DNA of 55,394 nt from Mesotaenium endlicherianum (taxonomy: Eukaryota), in NCBI GenBank assembly GCA_009602735.1, contig WELA01001079.1:244440-299833 (forward strand), in the 5' to 3' direction. Each line of letters begins with the position of its first letter. Position 1 is the stretch's first letter. Under the pieces are notes generated by a model that did not search any database, had not been told where the DNA came from, and saw nothing but the letters and a program-made list of their open reading frames with translations. The position numbers and the translations under genes were made by a program. Positions 12,099 to 25,620 of the stretch are shown here, piece after piece.

Positions 12099-13984
12099 AC
12101 GAGTTGTTTCACCACTCCATTTGAAGACGTTGAGTTCGAAAGAATTCCAATTGACCTCTCGAGGTCAACTGAGATTCGTTCAATTCAATTGCGTTTTTTA
12201 CAATTCAATCGCTGACAGTATAACCCACAAATTGTGGTGGACAACCCCGAAAACCACTGTAAACCACAATATTTGCGCGCTTTGAAAGTTGGTGTACCGC
12301 CAGGTACACTATGGTACAACTGAACTGAATTTGAATGGGCTCAAAACGTGCAATGTAAATTGGGCCTCAATCAACCTCGCCTTTTCAATTCTGCTCTGGA
12401 GCAGAATTGAAATTCTGGAATGTGTTCAATCCCTCGAATGACCCCTCCTCGACGACCACTCGATCGATGAGGACTGTTGGTGTTAGGTAGGAATCAAGTG
12501 AGGATGTACCCGTGGAGTACTTCCTTTTTTTTGCTAACGATTTCGGGACGACAAGGAGTAGAGAAAAAAATATTTGCGTCCACCAAGTTTCTATACACTT
12601 AACACTCGTCTCTGAACCCATTGCGCACAGATTTGTCGACCTCCTGCTTGTATGAAAACTGAGCCATGGTTTCCATGCCGTCTGACTTCACTGCTGCAAT
12701 CGGAAATGACCCTCTGCCGAGCAAGATCACGTTGAAAGAAATTTCAAAATATGCTTTGTGAGGTCTGACCGAGCCCCGAAACGATGCGGAGACAAAACGC
12801 GACATCATGAGGAGGGGATTGCACCACTTTCCTCAACCAATTTTGTGCTTGTCCATTGTGAACGCTTTTTCATTTAGCTGTTTGAAACTTGGTCGCCTAT
12901 TTTCTCTTCGTCGCTTCGATCTCGTGATTTTGAATTGCGCTATTTGCGTTGATCAATCGAGTGCCTGTGGCCACTGTAAACTGGCCCTTAGGGTGGAGCA
13001 AATTATGATTAATGAGTGAGAGTGATCGTACAGAGTCGGGGGGCTAAGGCCCAACTTACGAATCCATGCTCCCTGTTTCAACAAGAATTATTGGGAAAAA
13101 ACGCGTACAGTGCACTTTGGGTTTTCCACGTTTTTACTCAAAGGTAATCTGACACCCATTCGTCTTTGGCATTTTTGACCAAAACTTCTTGACACGATCT
13201 GTGACTAGCACTGTTTACCCCTTAGCAGCTATTTCAATGAAAGTTGGGCATTCCAGTCCGCAGACCACCTCCTAACAATGTTTACCCATTGGGCAGAAAT
13301 GCTCGTCGACCTTCCGTGGAATTCCTCAGGAAAACGGTTGATGTTGTCACGATTTCGTTAGTCAATCTAGACCACCTCTCGTTGAGCTTGGAAATAAGTG
13401 CAATAGGTGGTCAATTGCGCATTTTCTCAACTTTGCCTTCACTCTGACAGGCGCCGACCTTGCCAGTCACAAAGACAAGAGACACTCGAGAACTTCAAGC
13501 AAGCAAGAAAATAGTTATTTTTTAGCACATTGACAACTGCCTTTTGACTGACCAGTGCCTTCCGCCTGAACAATGACAGCCACTCAAGCAGCTCAGCAGC
13601 CACTCGAGCAGCTCCTTTTGGAGGTGCTTCATGAAGACAACCAGTAGAAGGAGCTGGCAACGACACCTCTTTTTTGTGTTGAAGACTTTGAAGCGCTGAG
13701 TTATTAATGTCACAATTTGTGAATGCGATAGTGAAAGGGCACTTCATGCAATGATTATTGCGTCACAAGGTGTCATAATGAAATGCGTGCAGTGCCCAAA
13801 CCACAAGGCAAAGCGTTGTTGGTGTTCTGCCGCGAGACTATGGACAAAATTATGCATTGATTAATCGATAAATATTTTGCGTCCAAGAACCTTGAACGGT
13901 CCATGGACCACCGAAGTAGAGAGGTTGAGGCGCGTGCAAGAGAACGTTCTTGAGTCGTTCAAGTGCTCACCGGCCGGCTACCGC

Positions 13985-14539
13985 TGTAAGGTCATAGGAT
14001 TGTAGAGTGCATTTTTGTGGGCATTTTGATGTAAATTCGTCAAAATTGGTTGTTGAGAGCATTATGGATTTCCGAAGTTTAATTAATTCTAAGGTTTGTC
14101 CACGACTGTCCTTAATTTGAGATGAGCGCAACCATCGGATTGATTGACTGCATCAAGCGATCTGAGTCGTTGGAGAGAATTCAAACCTTTACGTACTTTT
14201 GGCTAACGCGAGATGCCGACCAGGTCCACGTACCTAGAAGATTGGATCAGCCTAACGCGCCGAAGTCAGTATATGCTAGGCTTTTCGCTGCATGCATGAG
14301 GACATCAAATTGACCCGACACATCGGATGAGGCTGATCTGGCCTACTCACAAATGTTATAAGGCAACGATTTAACAAACACTAAGAAATCTGGTTGCTTT
14401 GCGGCCCTCCCTCCCAGGGACGAGCGATGGTCGTTAAGACTCATAATAAGCATAAATTCTTCGTTTCTCATCAGTTTTCACTTCCGTAAATTTCTACGGG
14501 TTTGTAATGACAACGCCTCTCTACTGTTATTTGTGAGCA
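13985..14539 (+). repeat. Diverged, 3'-truncated LTR related to gypsy family A
   Basis: Begins tgtaaggtcatagg and is colinear with the family A LTR up to atttgtgagca; no matching end or TSD. Confidence 0.85.
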
Positions 14540-15680
14540 CTTCCATGAGAACTCCACAAAAGGTCAACGAGCATTGTGCTCAATGGGTAGACACTGTGAA
14601 CTTAAAAGGCGCATGTATGGCCGAGTGCTTGGTATGGGTCACTCGTCAGAGTTCTGAGACATGAAGCGTGCGAAATCAAAATGGACCACATCGTTAAAAG
14701 CGATCAAACATGGAATCAGGGTTGGAAAGTAAGCAGCCAGTCCAGTATTCCCTACGCATTAAAACCGCTTGATATTCATTAAAGCGGCACAAAGTACACG
14801 ATCAACCATTTTGAGCGTGCGTTTGTCGTCGAGGCGTGCGAAATGAACACGCACGTGCAACCATGGATGCAACATGTGACATTTAATTCTAATCGACGCT
14901 AGAGTCAAATTAAAAATACTACGCTAATGTGGAGATTGGTGTGCGTTTGAACATGTGCATATATATTGGAAAACAGGCATGTGCCAACTTGGCGCTTTTG
15001 TGTTGCTTGCATGGGTGCACGCGTGCATGCAATCGTTTACACATGGTGTACGCAATTTAACGTCAAGAACGTGTAAAAAGAATGAATGATAATGCAAGTA
15101 TGTGCTCAATCACATGCATGGGTCCAGAATTACGCCGTGCGCATGTACGCTTGTTTACTATGGTTCAAGTTGTTATTTGTGCCTTGTTTGCTTAGCTTGT
15201 GTTTTTTTTTATTTAAATCAAATCATGGACTTTAAGTGTCGACGTTATGTCGTACATGTCGTTCATGTTCGTACTTCTAGACATGTGCCGGGGAGAAAAA
15301 TTGTTTTGAAAATTAATTTTGAGTCCAAAAAAAAAAATTCTTACTAATTTTTAAGCTTATCTTGTTTGCATGCATGCCAAGTTCTCGAGTTCGCTTGTTT
15401 GCTGTCGTTCTTGCTGTTTTAAGTGCATTGTTTGCTTAGTTTGTTTGTAAGCTCTCTTTCAATTCTCATTTGCCAATCAATTTTGCAAATTGCTTACTAT
15501 TAAGAATTGAAAAGTAAAGTATGTATTTGTAACGAGACAAAGTTTTTGAAAATTCATGCGCCACATGTATGATTAATAGTTACTTATTGCACAATCACAT
15601 TTCTTTTGCTAAGACATGTAATATAAATCATTGTATAAATCATAATCACACCCAAAGTTGCAATTTGAAGATAATTAAAG

Positions 15681-17740
15681 TCAAACCTTAAGTAAAGATG
15701 CACATGTAACATCAATGAACACATGCTCACAAACAAACGAGAAAAAGATTGCACAACATAAATATCTTCTAGCTCTTGTCCTCTTTGCACCTACAAGGCT
15801 CTCCTCTTCCTCTATCTCATCTTCATCCTCTAACTCCTCTTCCTCTTCCTCATCCTCACTCTCTTGCTCGAAGACAATATTCTCTGCATTGTTTGTAAAT
15901 TCCTCTTTTACAACCTCTTGAGATACTTCAAGCTCCGCTTCAACAACCCATGGTAGTGTTTCTACACTTGGTACACTTAGACTTTTGACACTTTTCTCTA
16001 GCAACCTCAACATAGAGTGCACATATACAAGCTTCTTTGCCCGACTTGGAAGCAACCTGTTGCGAATCCGGCTATGAACAAACCCATATTCCGACCAATT
16101 CCGCTCACAAGCAGAAGCTGATGCAGGTTGGCACAAGATTTTCATTGCAAGAGCCTGCAGGTTTGGACATACACGCCCATATATTTTCCACCAATGATGT
16201 GCAGGCATACTAATCTTATTTTCCAATACTACACTATCACCAAATGTATCCCCGTATTTGCGATAGAGGCTGAGCTCCTTGTCAACTTGAGCTCCCCTTT
16301 TTTACAGGCATCTGGCAAACTAGCAAATGGTCCCTCAAGAAAGAAAAAATGATGGTCTTGAAACTCCAGGTAGTAGCCTGCACAAGAACAGAACAAAACA
16401 TTAACATCAATAACAAACATATTTAATAATTTCCATAGAGAGAGAGAGTGTGAGTCAGAGAAGAGAGACAGAGAAGAGAGCATTGAGAGAAATAAGAGAC
16501 AGGGGACATGACACACAAGAACATGCGGGAAAACACACCAGCAAATCAGGTTCAACAATATGCCTAACGAGAAAGATGAAGAAAAATATGACAAACAACA
16601 ACCTACTGGTGGAATGCACCGGAGGGTGTAGTTGTTGCCAACGCGCAGCAACTTTCTTGGCAGCCTTGGCTATCTGAACGTCTTTCTGATCGGAAGCATT
16701 GTTGACGTGCTCTTGAATCGCAGACATCCTGGCCCAGATCTTCCGTAGTGCTGGCTCGGGGGAGTCAACAAGACGAAGAAATACAACTATTGGCTCACAC
16801 ACATTTACCCACACTTTCAATCTCTCCCACATACTGTCCTTCCGAATGATGTCTCAAATCCTTGTAGCCTCATTTGCACACTCGTTCCTAATAGAACACT
16901 CAAGCCAACGACTATGAGCTACCATAGCTTGCGAGGTGTCTCTTACTCAATACAATCTTTGCAAGCATGGAAAGTTACTTGCGAATCTGGAGGGTGCAGG
17001 CTTCAACAACTCAAACACATTATTGAGCCTCTTTGCATGCTGACGATAAATAGCGTGAGGTATGTGGTGATTAGTCAAAAACTGGACTAGGCCCTAGAAT
17101 CTATCTCCAATCTATTATAATTCTTGAATTTTCCCTAGGTATTTCAGAAGCAAATCTAGGCAATGGGCCGCATCAGGTGTTTCAAAAATGTTAGGGAACT
17201 CCTACCAACTCTCCCGCCTTGACACAATTGGCAGCTGAATTTGAGCACACTTGCACAACATTTCCAGGACCCACTTTCTTCACGACTTCAATAATGAAAT
17301 TAGCAATGTGCTCATCCGTCTAATTCTCACCCGCAATATTAATAGAGTTCATGAAAAACTCCACACCACGTGACACTCTAAGGCCATTCAAGAGGGGATG
17401 CCCTGATGTGTGTGTCCACCCATCTAATACTAAGGTGCACCAGAAATCTCTATGTGCTTTAGTCGCTTCTTCTCCCTGTGTTCTACTTGTGTGACCTCTT
17501 TGTCTGAGAGCGTGCTTCCTAAAGGCTTCTCCTTCATCGCAAAACACGGTAAGCCAGTCTCCAAACTGTACTTCCTAATAGCATTCATCATGTCCGCAAA
17601 GGAATTACTCCGCGCTACATTAAAAGAAACTCCCGTGGCGTAGAAGAACCTCGCCACTACTTCATGAACACTTTAAGCATTCATTCTTTTGGAAAATGCC
17701 GGTAAACTTGACTGCCTTGACTCTCTGCCAGATGAAGTTC
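15681..17740 (-). pseudogene. hAT transposase (DUF659-type core plus dimerisation domain), BED region absent here
   Basis: ARFFYATGVSFNVARS, LDGWT, VCEPIVVFLRLVDS, WWKIYG...PASASACERNWSEYGFVHSRIRNRL and an acidic tail. Intron ~16378-16605. Many stops. Confidence 0.92.
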
Positions 17741-17751
17741 TCTCTCTCTCT

Positions 17752-17817
<66 letters not shown>
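17738..17817. repeat. (CT)n microsatellite, left flank of copia B
   Basis: About 40 CT units, directly visible. Confidence 0.95.
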
Positions 17818-17822
<5 letters not shown>

Positions 17823-17915
17823 AAAATGAACATCTTCCATCATATTTGCACACTTGATTTAGGAATTCATGCAAGATTACAAATTATAACATATTTTGAT
17901 ATAGAAGACACTATG

Positions 17916-18617
17916 TGTAATAAATCAGTATATTGATGTATGCAATAGTCATTTAAGTTTAGCCTGCTGAACCTTAGTTATTATTTAGTCTGCTGGAGTT
18001 TATGAAGGTATCTGTTTATTTACTCAGCCGGAAGCAGTAAGCAGTAGTCAATTTCGGTCAGCTTGCTGACACATTCTTTGACAGCCAGCTGAATTTCGTA
18101 CTCGGTTGCAGCAAACTGCCTATATATGCATCTAAGTGTGGTATGCTAGATGAATGGCCAAATGACATCCTTAGGATGGATTGCGATTCGGCATAATGGA
18201 AGATGGCAATGGATTTGATTAATCGAGGTCCTGCCAGCTTGCTTAATTCCGGGGTAGGGAGTGCCATCGCACCAGCCGTTTAACATTGTACTCATGCCAT
18301 GTACATATGCCAGGTATTGCTCTCGAGTTCGGCATTCGGAAACAAGGCCAACTCTCTTGTACAGCTTACTGAGAGACATCTGAATCCAAGGCGAGAAGCC
18401 GTTGATATGCACTATCTTCTAGCCTTGCTTATGTACGAGTTACTGATTACATAATTGATACTAGTTTACTTGCATTTTGACTTTTGATTATTATCCACTG
18501 CTAGTGTGTTGTCTTTTGTTGTTTGATCAATATACCGAAATTTTTATAAATATTACTTGCTCATATAAAGATCTTCATCAAGTTTTTCTCGCGTATATGG
18601 TGAGTCAATTTATTTCA
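17916..18617 (+). repeat. 5' LTR, gypsy family B copy 1
   Basis: tgtaataaatcagtatattg...tatttca followed by the PBS; homologous to 37649-38368 and 49468-50188. Confidence 0.92.
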
Positions 18618-18771
18618 GTGGTATCGGAGCCGAAATCACAATTTTCTTTGCATGGTAGGGACAAGGTCTCAAACTAGCAACTCCCAAGAGTAGCAGCAGA
18701 AGAAATCTATCTATGCAATAATCTCCTTGTGTTTGAAGTAGACCACTTCAATTTCTGAGTTTGCTCAAAAG

Positions 18772-19094
18772 CAAGGTTATGCCATACGCGTATCAGCCCA
18801 AAAAATTAGGCGTATTAAGCGTATTTGGATAAAATTAAAGTGTAAAAATGAACCATTTGTTTTTGGAGGGGGGAGGTCAACAGATTGAATTCAAAGCATG
18901 GTGTACCGTCCTAATAAGTGTCATATGCCTTCAAGTTTCTTAAAAAAGTCGATTGGAGTAATTTTGTATACATGCCGTAAAATAAGGCGTAAAGTGTGAT
19001 GCGTACTAAGCGTATCAAGCAATTTTTGTTGTAACGAATTTAGCGAACTAGCGTATCTAGCGTATTAAGCGTATGAACGTACGGCGTAACCTTG
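18772..19094. mobile_element. hAT-derived MITE (323 bp)
   Basis: TIRs caaggttatgccatacg / cgtacggcgtaaccttg. Perfect 8-bp TSD ctcaaaag (18764-18771, 19095-19102). Subterminal AGCGTA repeats. Confidence 0.93.
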
Positions 19095-22000
19095 CTCAAA
19101 AGTTCCAGGAGAATATGATTACGCAGCCAAACTTGCCAGAGCGGTATAGGATAGCATAGTTCATTTTATGGCTTGAAATCCAGAGTCAGAGGTCCTTTTG
19201 CTGAAAAAAAGGATGAGAAACTGGCTGACTTGATCCAGGATGCTGATGCCTGGGATCAGCAGCAATTCAATCACAAGTGCTAGAGTAATGCTTTGGTGTC
19301 TAAGATTGTCAAAAAGCCCCATGGTTCCTAGAATGCCACTGAAGGAGACCAGGCTGAGGATGATCAGGGTGATGAGTACGAGTATGAGTATAATGCTATA
19401 CAGTTTAGAGGGAGAGGTGGTTACTCTAGAGATGGCTATGGAAGAGGTGGTGGTAGGAGTAAGCCGAGACCAGCCTCAACAACGTTTGCTTCCATTGTCA
19501 GCAATCGGGCCTCTTTAGAGACCAGTGTCCAGTTAAGCACCTTCCAAAGGTCAAGAGAAAGGACCAACCATAAGGACTTAGTTATGCGGCTAGGGATGCC
19601 TACTATCACCCAAGGGAATAGAATTATATTCCTTGAAGATGCCTCAAGTATCTCGGAAGGAACTGTAACCAAGCCTATTGAGGTCCAGTTAGGTTTCGGC
19701 ATTGCCGTTCTAACTGAAACGCTTACGTTTGAGGTACTCAACACTGGCGTTTACGATCTCGTGCTGGGCAGGTCCTGGCTTAATTGACGTCAAGCTGAAG
19801 TGTGTTGGAAAAGAGGTACAGTTCAAGTGAAAGGAGCCAGTGATGGGCAGACTAACTTGGCACCCACCAGAGCTCTTCTTCTTCTTCTTGTCCTGTATGG
19901 ATGGCAACTGAAGAAAATGAAGAGGCTTCCAGAAGGATGCAAATTGCTGAATGCAATAGAGTTCATCGAAGGCTGGAACCAGAAGGAAGACAGAATATTA
20001 TGTTTGCAGCTAAGAGAGGTACATCCTCAACCTGAAGAAGTGGTGGAGGAAAAGGTAAGCCCCTCGGAGCACCCTACTGTTGAAAAAAATGTTGCTCAGT
20101 ACACTGATGTTTTTAATATGCCTCCAGGACTGCCTCCTAAAAGGGAAGTTGATTATACGATTGATATATTACCTGGGAGTCAGCCACCTTGGCAAAGCGC
20201 TTATGGCTTGTCTTATGTGGAGAGTGAAAAGGTAAAAACACAAAGTGCAGAGCTGGAGGAAAATGGTTATATCTCCTTCATTAAATCACCTTACGGCGCA
20301 CCCATTGTGTTTGTCAAGAAAAGGATGGAAGTATGCGGATGTGTGTGGATTACAGAGAACTTAATAGAATTTTAGTAAAGAACAAGTATGCTTTACCCTG
20401 AATTGAGGACTTCCTTGATACCTTGTCTGGTGTTAAAGTGTGGAGTAAAATAGATCTAAAGAGCGGATACCATCAAATCAGAATTGCTGTGGGGGACGAG
20501 CACAAGACTGCTCTTCGCACACGTTATGGATACTATAAACTTTATGTGATGCCATTTGGACTCATTAATGCTCCTGCAACCTTCATGGGTGCTACGAATG
20601 ACATTTTCAGACCCTACTTGGATAAGTTTGTGCAAGTCTTCTTGGATGATATTTTAGTTTTCTCTGAAAATGTAACTCAGCATGCTGAACACTAAAAGAC
20701 ATTCATGGACACCCTGAGAAGGAATAAACTATATGCTTAAATGATCAAGTGTGATTTCTTAAAGGAAAGAATCGAATTTTTAGGTCATGTTGTCAGTAAA
20801 CAAGGCATCAGTGTGGATCCTAAGGAAGTCCAGACCATAAGGGACTAGCCTGTACCACAGTTTGTCTCTGAAGTTAGATCCCTCCTTGGGTTGGGTAACT
20901 AGTACAAGCGATTTGTTGAAAAATATTCTATAAAGGACAATAAACTGATTAACCTTACTAAGAAAGACATGGGATACGTATGGGGCAAAGAGCAGAAGGG
21001 AGCTTTCTTAGCCTTTCTAGACCCTTAAAATGCTCTTTGTTCTGCCGCAATCCTAGCCGTGTATAACCCCAGCAAACTTGTGCAGGTGGTTACTGATGCT
21101 CATGACTTTGCCACGGGGGTTATTTTGTTGCAGCTTGCTGACAAAACCACAAAGGATGGTAAGGTCCGGCACAATTGGCACTCTGTGCTGTATGAGTGTA
21201 TGACATTCAACACAGCTGAAATTAACTATTCTGTGCATGATAAAGAGCTGCTTCTTATCATCCATGTGCTCAAACAGTGAAGAGCATACTCACTTGGTAA
21301 AGCTTTTAAGATGATTACAGATCATCTAGCTCTGATTCACTTTCAGAACAACTCCAAGCTGTCAAGGAGGGTGAACAGCTGGAGCGAGATGCTGGAGCAG
21401 TTCCAAATCTAGATTGACCTGACTTGCAAGATAGGAACTTCAGTAAGCATGCTGTAGATAAAGTCCATTGTGCACTCACTTCACTAAAGGTGAAAAAGTC
21501 CTTCCTTGAACAACTTAAGGAAGCCTACCATTCTGACCCGACATTTGAGCCAAGCTCCACGAATGGTGTGTGTGCTACTGCACTTGGGCATAGGCTTAAG
21601 GGAGGGGTCTGGGTGACTAAGTCGCTTTAGGCAGGCTGAAGCTCGTCATTCCTTATAACTTGGAAATAAGGTCCCTCTTACTGAGTCAAGCACATGACAA
21701 TTTACGGGGTGGGCATTTAGGGCAGGCCAAAACCGTTGGCAAACCGGCAAAGCATTATCATTAGGATGGGTTTACTCAGGAGGTCTTGAGAAATGTTATG
21801 TCCTATGATCGGTGCCAGAAAAAGAAGTCTAGGCACACACCACCCGGGAGTCTCTTACAGCCACTCCCCATGCCTGCAGGACGTTGGGAAACAATATCTA
21901 TGGATTGGGTGGTAACTCTACCACGAATTGCCAATGGGCATGATTCGATACTAGTAGTTGTGGATAAACTGACAAAAGGTGTCATTTCATCCCCACAACT

Positions 22001-22467
22001 ATCAAAGTAATTGTACTGCACAACTGCGAGATAGTTCTACAACCATGTAGTATGCCAACATGGGCTACCAGCTAATATCATCTCAGACAGAGACTCAAAA
22101 TCTACCTCTAAGTTCTGGAGACCTTTAATGGGGTTAATGGGAGTCAAACAGCTGCTCAGCACAGCCAACCACCCTCAAACTGATGGACAGACTAAAAGAA
22201 CTAACTGTGTTCTGCAAGAGATGCTGAGAGCATGTAATAACCAAAAACAAGATAATTGGGTTGACCTGTTGCGGTCAATAGTGCGGTGCACGTGTCAACG
22301 GGAAAGACCCCTTTTAAACTCAGTCTGGGTAAAGTCCTTGAGTCTCCTTTTGATGTGTTAGGAGAGTCTTTAACTCACTCTCAGGGGATTGACAATCCCT
22401 TCCTCCAATTTACTCAAGAGTTTGCCAACACCTTGTCGAAAGTCCAGTCAAACCTGCTCAAAATAAC

Positions 22468-23199
22468 TATAAGGTCATAGGTTTATAAAGTGTACTGTTG
22501 AGTTTCATGAAAGCATAGAAGTGTACATTGCATTTTCTGTGGTCATTTTGATAGAAAGTTCATCAAATTTGGCTAAGTATTGAGAGAGTTACGGATTTTT
22601 GAAGTTTAATTAGTTTTGAGGTCGGTTGACGACTGTTCTTGATTCACGGTGAGCGCGACCGTTGGATTGATCAATAGCGTCAAGCAATCTGGCCCGTTAG
22701 AATGAACTCGAACCTTCACGTAAGTTCGGCTGACGCGAAGTGCCGACTAGGTCGATTTACCTAGAAGTTTCGGTTTAGCCTAGCGCGTCTAAGATAGAAT
22801 AATCGAGTAATGTCGATGCATGTATGTGGACGTCAATTCGGCCCGACACGTCAGAGTAGACTGATCTGGCTTACTCACAAATATTTTGGAAGGGACGATT
22901 TGACGAACACTTACGAGAATCCGTAGCTTCCTCCTAGAGAGGAGTACTCAGGCAGAAAATTAGAAATAGGCATAACTTCTGTGTTTCTTATTAAGTTTCA
23001 CTTCTGTAAATTTCTACGGGTTTGTAATGACAAGGTTTATCATCCTAGTTCATTTGTGAGCTGTTTTTTGCTACTCAAAATGTTGAGTATTTTTCCTAAG
23101 CTTTGTTAGTGATATGCCGCTGCACTCTCTAGTATGATTGCAACTAGTTCCTTTCCTTGTGAGTTACTACGCTTCCACTAGGGCACTCTGCCCCTTTCA
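22468..23199 (+). mobile_element. Solo LTR of gypsy family A inserted in the gypsy B integrase
   Basis: tataaggtcatagg...ctctgcccctttca with perfect 5-bp TSD ataac (22463-22467, 23200-23204). Confidence 0.95.
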
Positions 23200-24659
23200 A
23201 TAACGTTAATCAGCACCGTCGAGAGCTGACATTTGCTAAGGGCAATTTTGTCAAACTGCATCCTCAACACCTGTACCTGCCTGGTGTGGTCAAGAAAAAG
23301 CTTGGTCTGGTCTGGGTCGATCCGCACTCGTTGGTGCGCCGTGTCGGTTAGAATGCTTACAATCTGAACATGTTAGCGGAATACAAGGGTCACCCAGTCT
23401 TTTAATGTCTCGTTCCTTGAAACGTACATCAAAGGTGACTCACTGTTCACGAGTTAGTTATGTGTCCAACTGGGACCAATGTTCGCTGTCAGGAATGTTG
23501 ACTCCGAGGAATATGAGGTCGAGGAGATTTTAGACGCTCGCTTTGTTCGTTGATCATCTAAATAAGTAATGAAATATCTGGTCCGATGGAAGCGGTATTG
23601 TTCCTCTGGGGATACTTGGGAATGTAAGGACCATTTGACCGTTACCAAAGGTGCGTTGAAACATTTCCACCTTCAGGCAGCTGGGGCGTGTCCCTAACTG
23701 TCATTTCAGTTCACATGGGAAGGCGACTTGTGGTTCTGTCTCCATTTAAATTGAAGGGGGAAATATTTGATAGTTAGTGTGCGAGAAAGGGACAGTTATT
23801 GAATTTTAAGTGTCAACATAGTGACAGATGGAACTGCCCGTCCCACATTAAGCAACGTTGGCGGAATGAAAAAGAAACTCGCACAACAATCCATCACCTA
23901 ACTCACCTACACACACATTCATGCATTTATTTATCATCGCATCGCAGCTAAGTAAACTCCTAGCAATCACCCTGTGAGGTAAATGTGAACAAATGTACCT
24001 TAGTAATACAAACTTGCTTCCCTTCCTGCAACTCCTGTGACAAAGAAGGGTTACGCCGTACGCTTGTACGCTTAGCTCGACTAATACGCTAGTTCGCTTA
24101 GTATGGTGTTCAAAAAAAAGGACTAGTCCGCTAAGTACGCCAAGTCACGACGGCGTCGACGTCAAGTAGCTACGACGTCAACGTTTGATGTCGGTCGCAC
24201 GTGTAAAAATACCACGTCGTGTCGAACTTCTGTTTTTTGTTCAGAATGGCAATTTTATTTCCGCGCGCTTTCGGGATTTTTAACTGCCAATTTGAAACGA
24301 AGATAAGCAAAAATTTTATGAAACTACAACATCAGAGTGTCGTCACCCGTCCGGTGTGAACTCCCACCACCAGGTGCAGGGTTTAGAGAGCTAACCGAAG
24401 TGCCATGCACGATTCTACGTCGGGACGGTCTTTGTTGCATAACAGTTAATATTCACTGTTAACCGAGGAAAAAGAGAAAGAACAATTGCACGCTGCATGG
24501 ATCAGGCTCAACCCAACGGATTTGGTCCCCCGTCATCGTATGCAGGGAGCGATGCTTTCCCATGCTGCCACACGCTGAATCTTGTGTATCATGTGTTTTA
24601 TTTGGTAGATAAAATACCTTGTTTTCCATGAACAATGTCGACGGCATTTATCATTCCAA

Positions 24660-25560
24660 TTCTGGAAAGGCCGCTTAGCAGAGATGTTTTTTGTACATCC
24701 TAACTAATTTATTTTTCCTAAATCAGTTGAATAAGAACACTTAGGAGTATCATTACTACTTCATCGAGTAGAACAAACTTGAAGGAAGAGGTGTGTACCT
24801 GATTCAAACTCTTAACAAGCATGTGTAGAAATAAGAAGCTCTTATACATGTCACATTTAAGAGTGACTAAAATTTGACTCATCGACAAAACGTTCAACAC
24901 TGGGAGGGCCGCTTAGCAGAGCATGTTTTCTGTACTTTGTAACTATTTTATTTATTCAATAAGAAGGCTTAGTAGTATCTGTGCTTCTTAATGGAGAATA
25001 TTAAGCTTCAATGAACAAGTGTGAAGAAGATTCATACTCTTAAGAAGCATGTCTCACCACCAACAAGTACTTTTGTATGCTACATTTAAGAGTAATTGAC
25101 TTATTCACAAAAAGTCTATCAATACGAGGGCCGCTTAGCAATGCATATTTTTGTATTTCTAATTGTTTTATTAGTTATATAAGGAGGCTTAAATGTATCA
25201 TTGCTACTTAATGGAGTACAATAAGCTTTAATGAAGACTTATGAAGACAATTCAAACTCTTAACGAGCATGTACAAGAACTAAGGAGTACCTACACATGC
25301 TACTTTCAAGAGTGAGTGAAATTTGACTTATCGACAAAAAGTTCATAACCGAGAGAGCCGCTAGGCAGAGCGTTGTTTTTGTACTTCCTATCTTATTTAT
25401 TAGTAAACTAAGAAGGCTTAGGAATATCATTGTGTTTTGACCGGGTATAATAAGCTCTAATGAAGAAGTATAAAGAAGATGCAAACTCTTAACAAGCATG
25501 TATAAGATCTAAGAAGTACTTATAATGCCAAATTTAATAGTGAGTGAAGTGTGATAGCCA
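24660..25560. repeat. Diverged ~230-bp tandem repeat (4 units) in the 3' arm of hAT 2
   Basis: (g)gccgct(t)agca anchor at about 24669, 24907, 25129 and 25356 with colinear flanks (aaactcttaacaagcatgt, aaatttgact). Confidence 0.85.
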
Positions 25561-25620
25561 AAAAAAGTGAATGAGAATACATGCTACCTCTACTACATAT
25601 GAGTTACCTGACAGATACAT

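Larger units (their letters stand above)
15125..17817 (-). mobile_element. hAT DNA transposon 1, 3' portion; 5' part predicted beyond the right edge
   Basis: TIR-like cagaattacgccgtgcg at 15125 (14/17 to CAGGGTTACGCCGTACG). The transposase breaks off at the (CT)n tract. Confidence 0.75.
18652..23697 (+). pseudogene. pol: Gypsy B copy 1 gag-pol remnant with chromodomain
   Basis: CFHCQQSG knuckle remnant, [59 protein letters not shown], and EEYEVEEILD chromodomain at ~23505-23690. Many stops; gag largely deleted. Confidence 0.92.

Noticed and set aside
12975..13060. Harbinger terminal inverted repeat (ggcccttaggg / gggctaaggccc)
   Set aside because: No partner end in the window to verify a TIR or 3-bp TSD.
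14540..14768. accgc at 14764 as the second TSD for the LTR starting at 13985
   Set aside because: It is not preceded by CA, and 14540-14763 does not resemble the family A LTR end; likely chance.
18058..18412. Recurrent short antisense ORFs in gypsy B LTRs (also 37808-38153, 49698-49940)
   Set aside because: They recur only because the LTR is repeated; starts and stops differ among copies.
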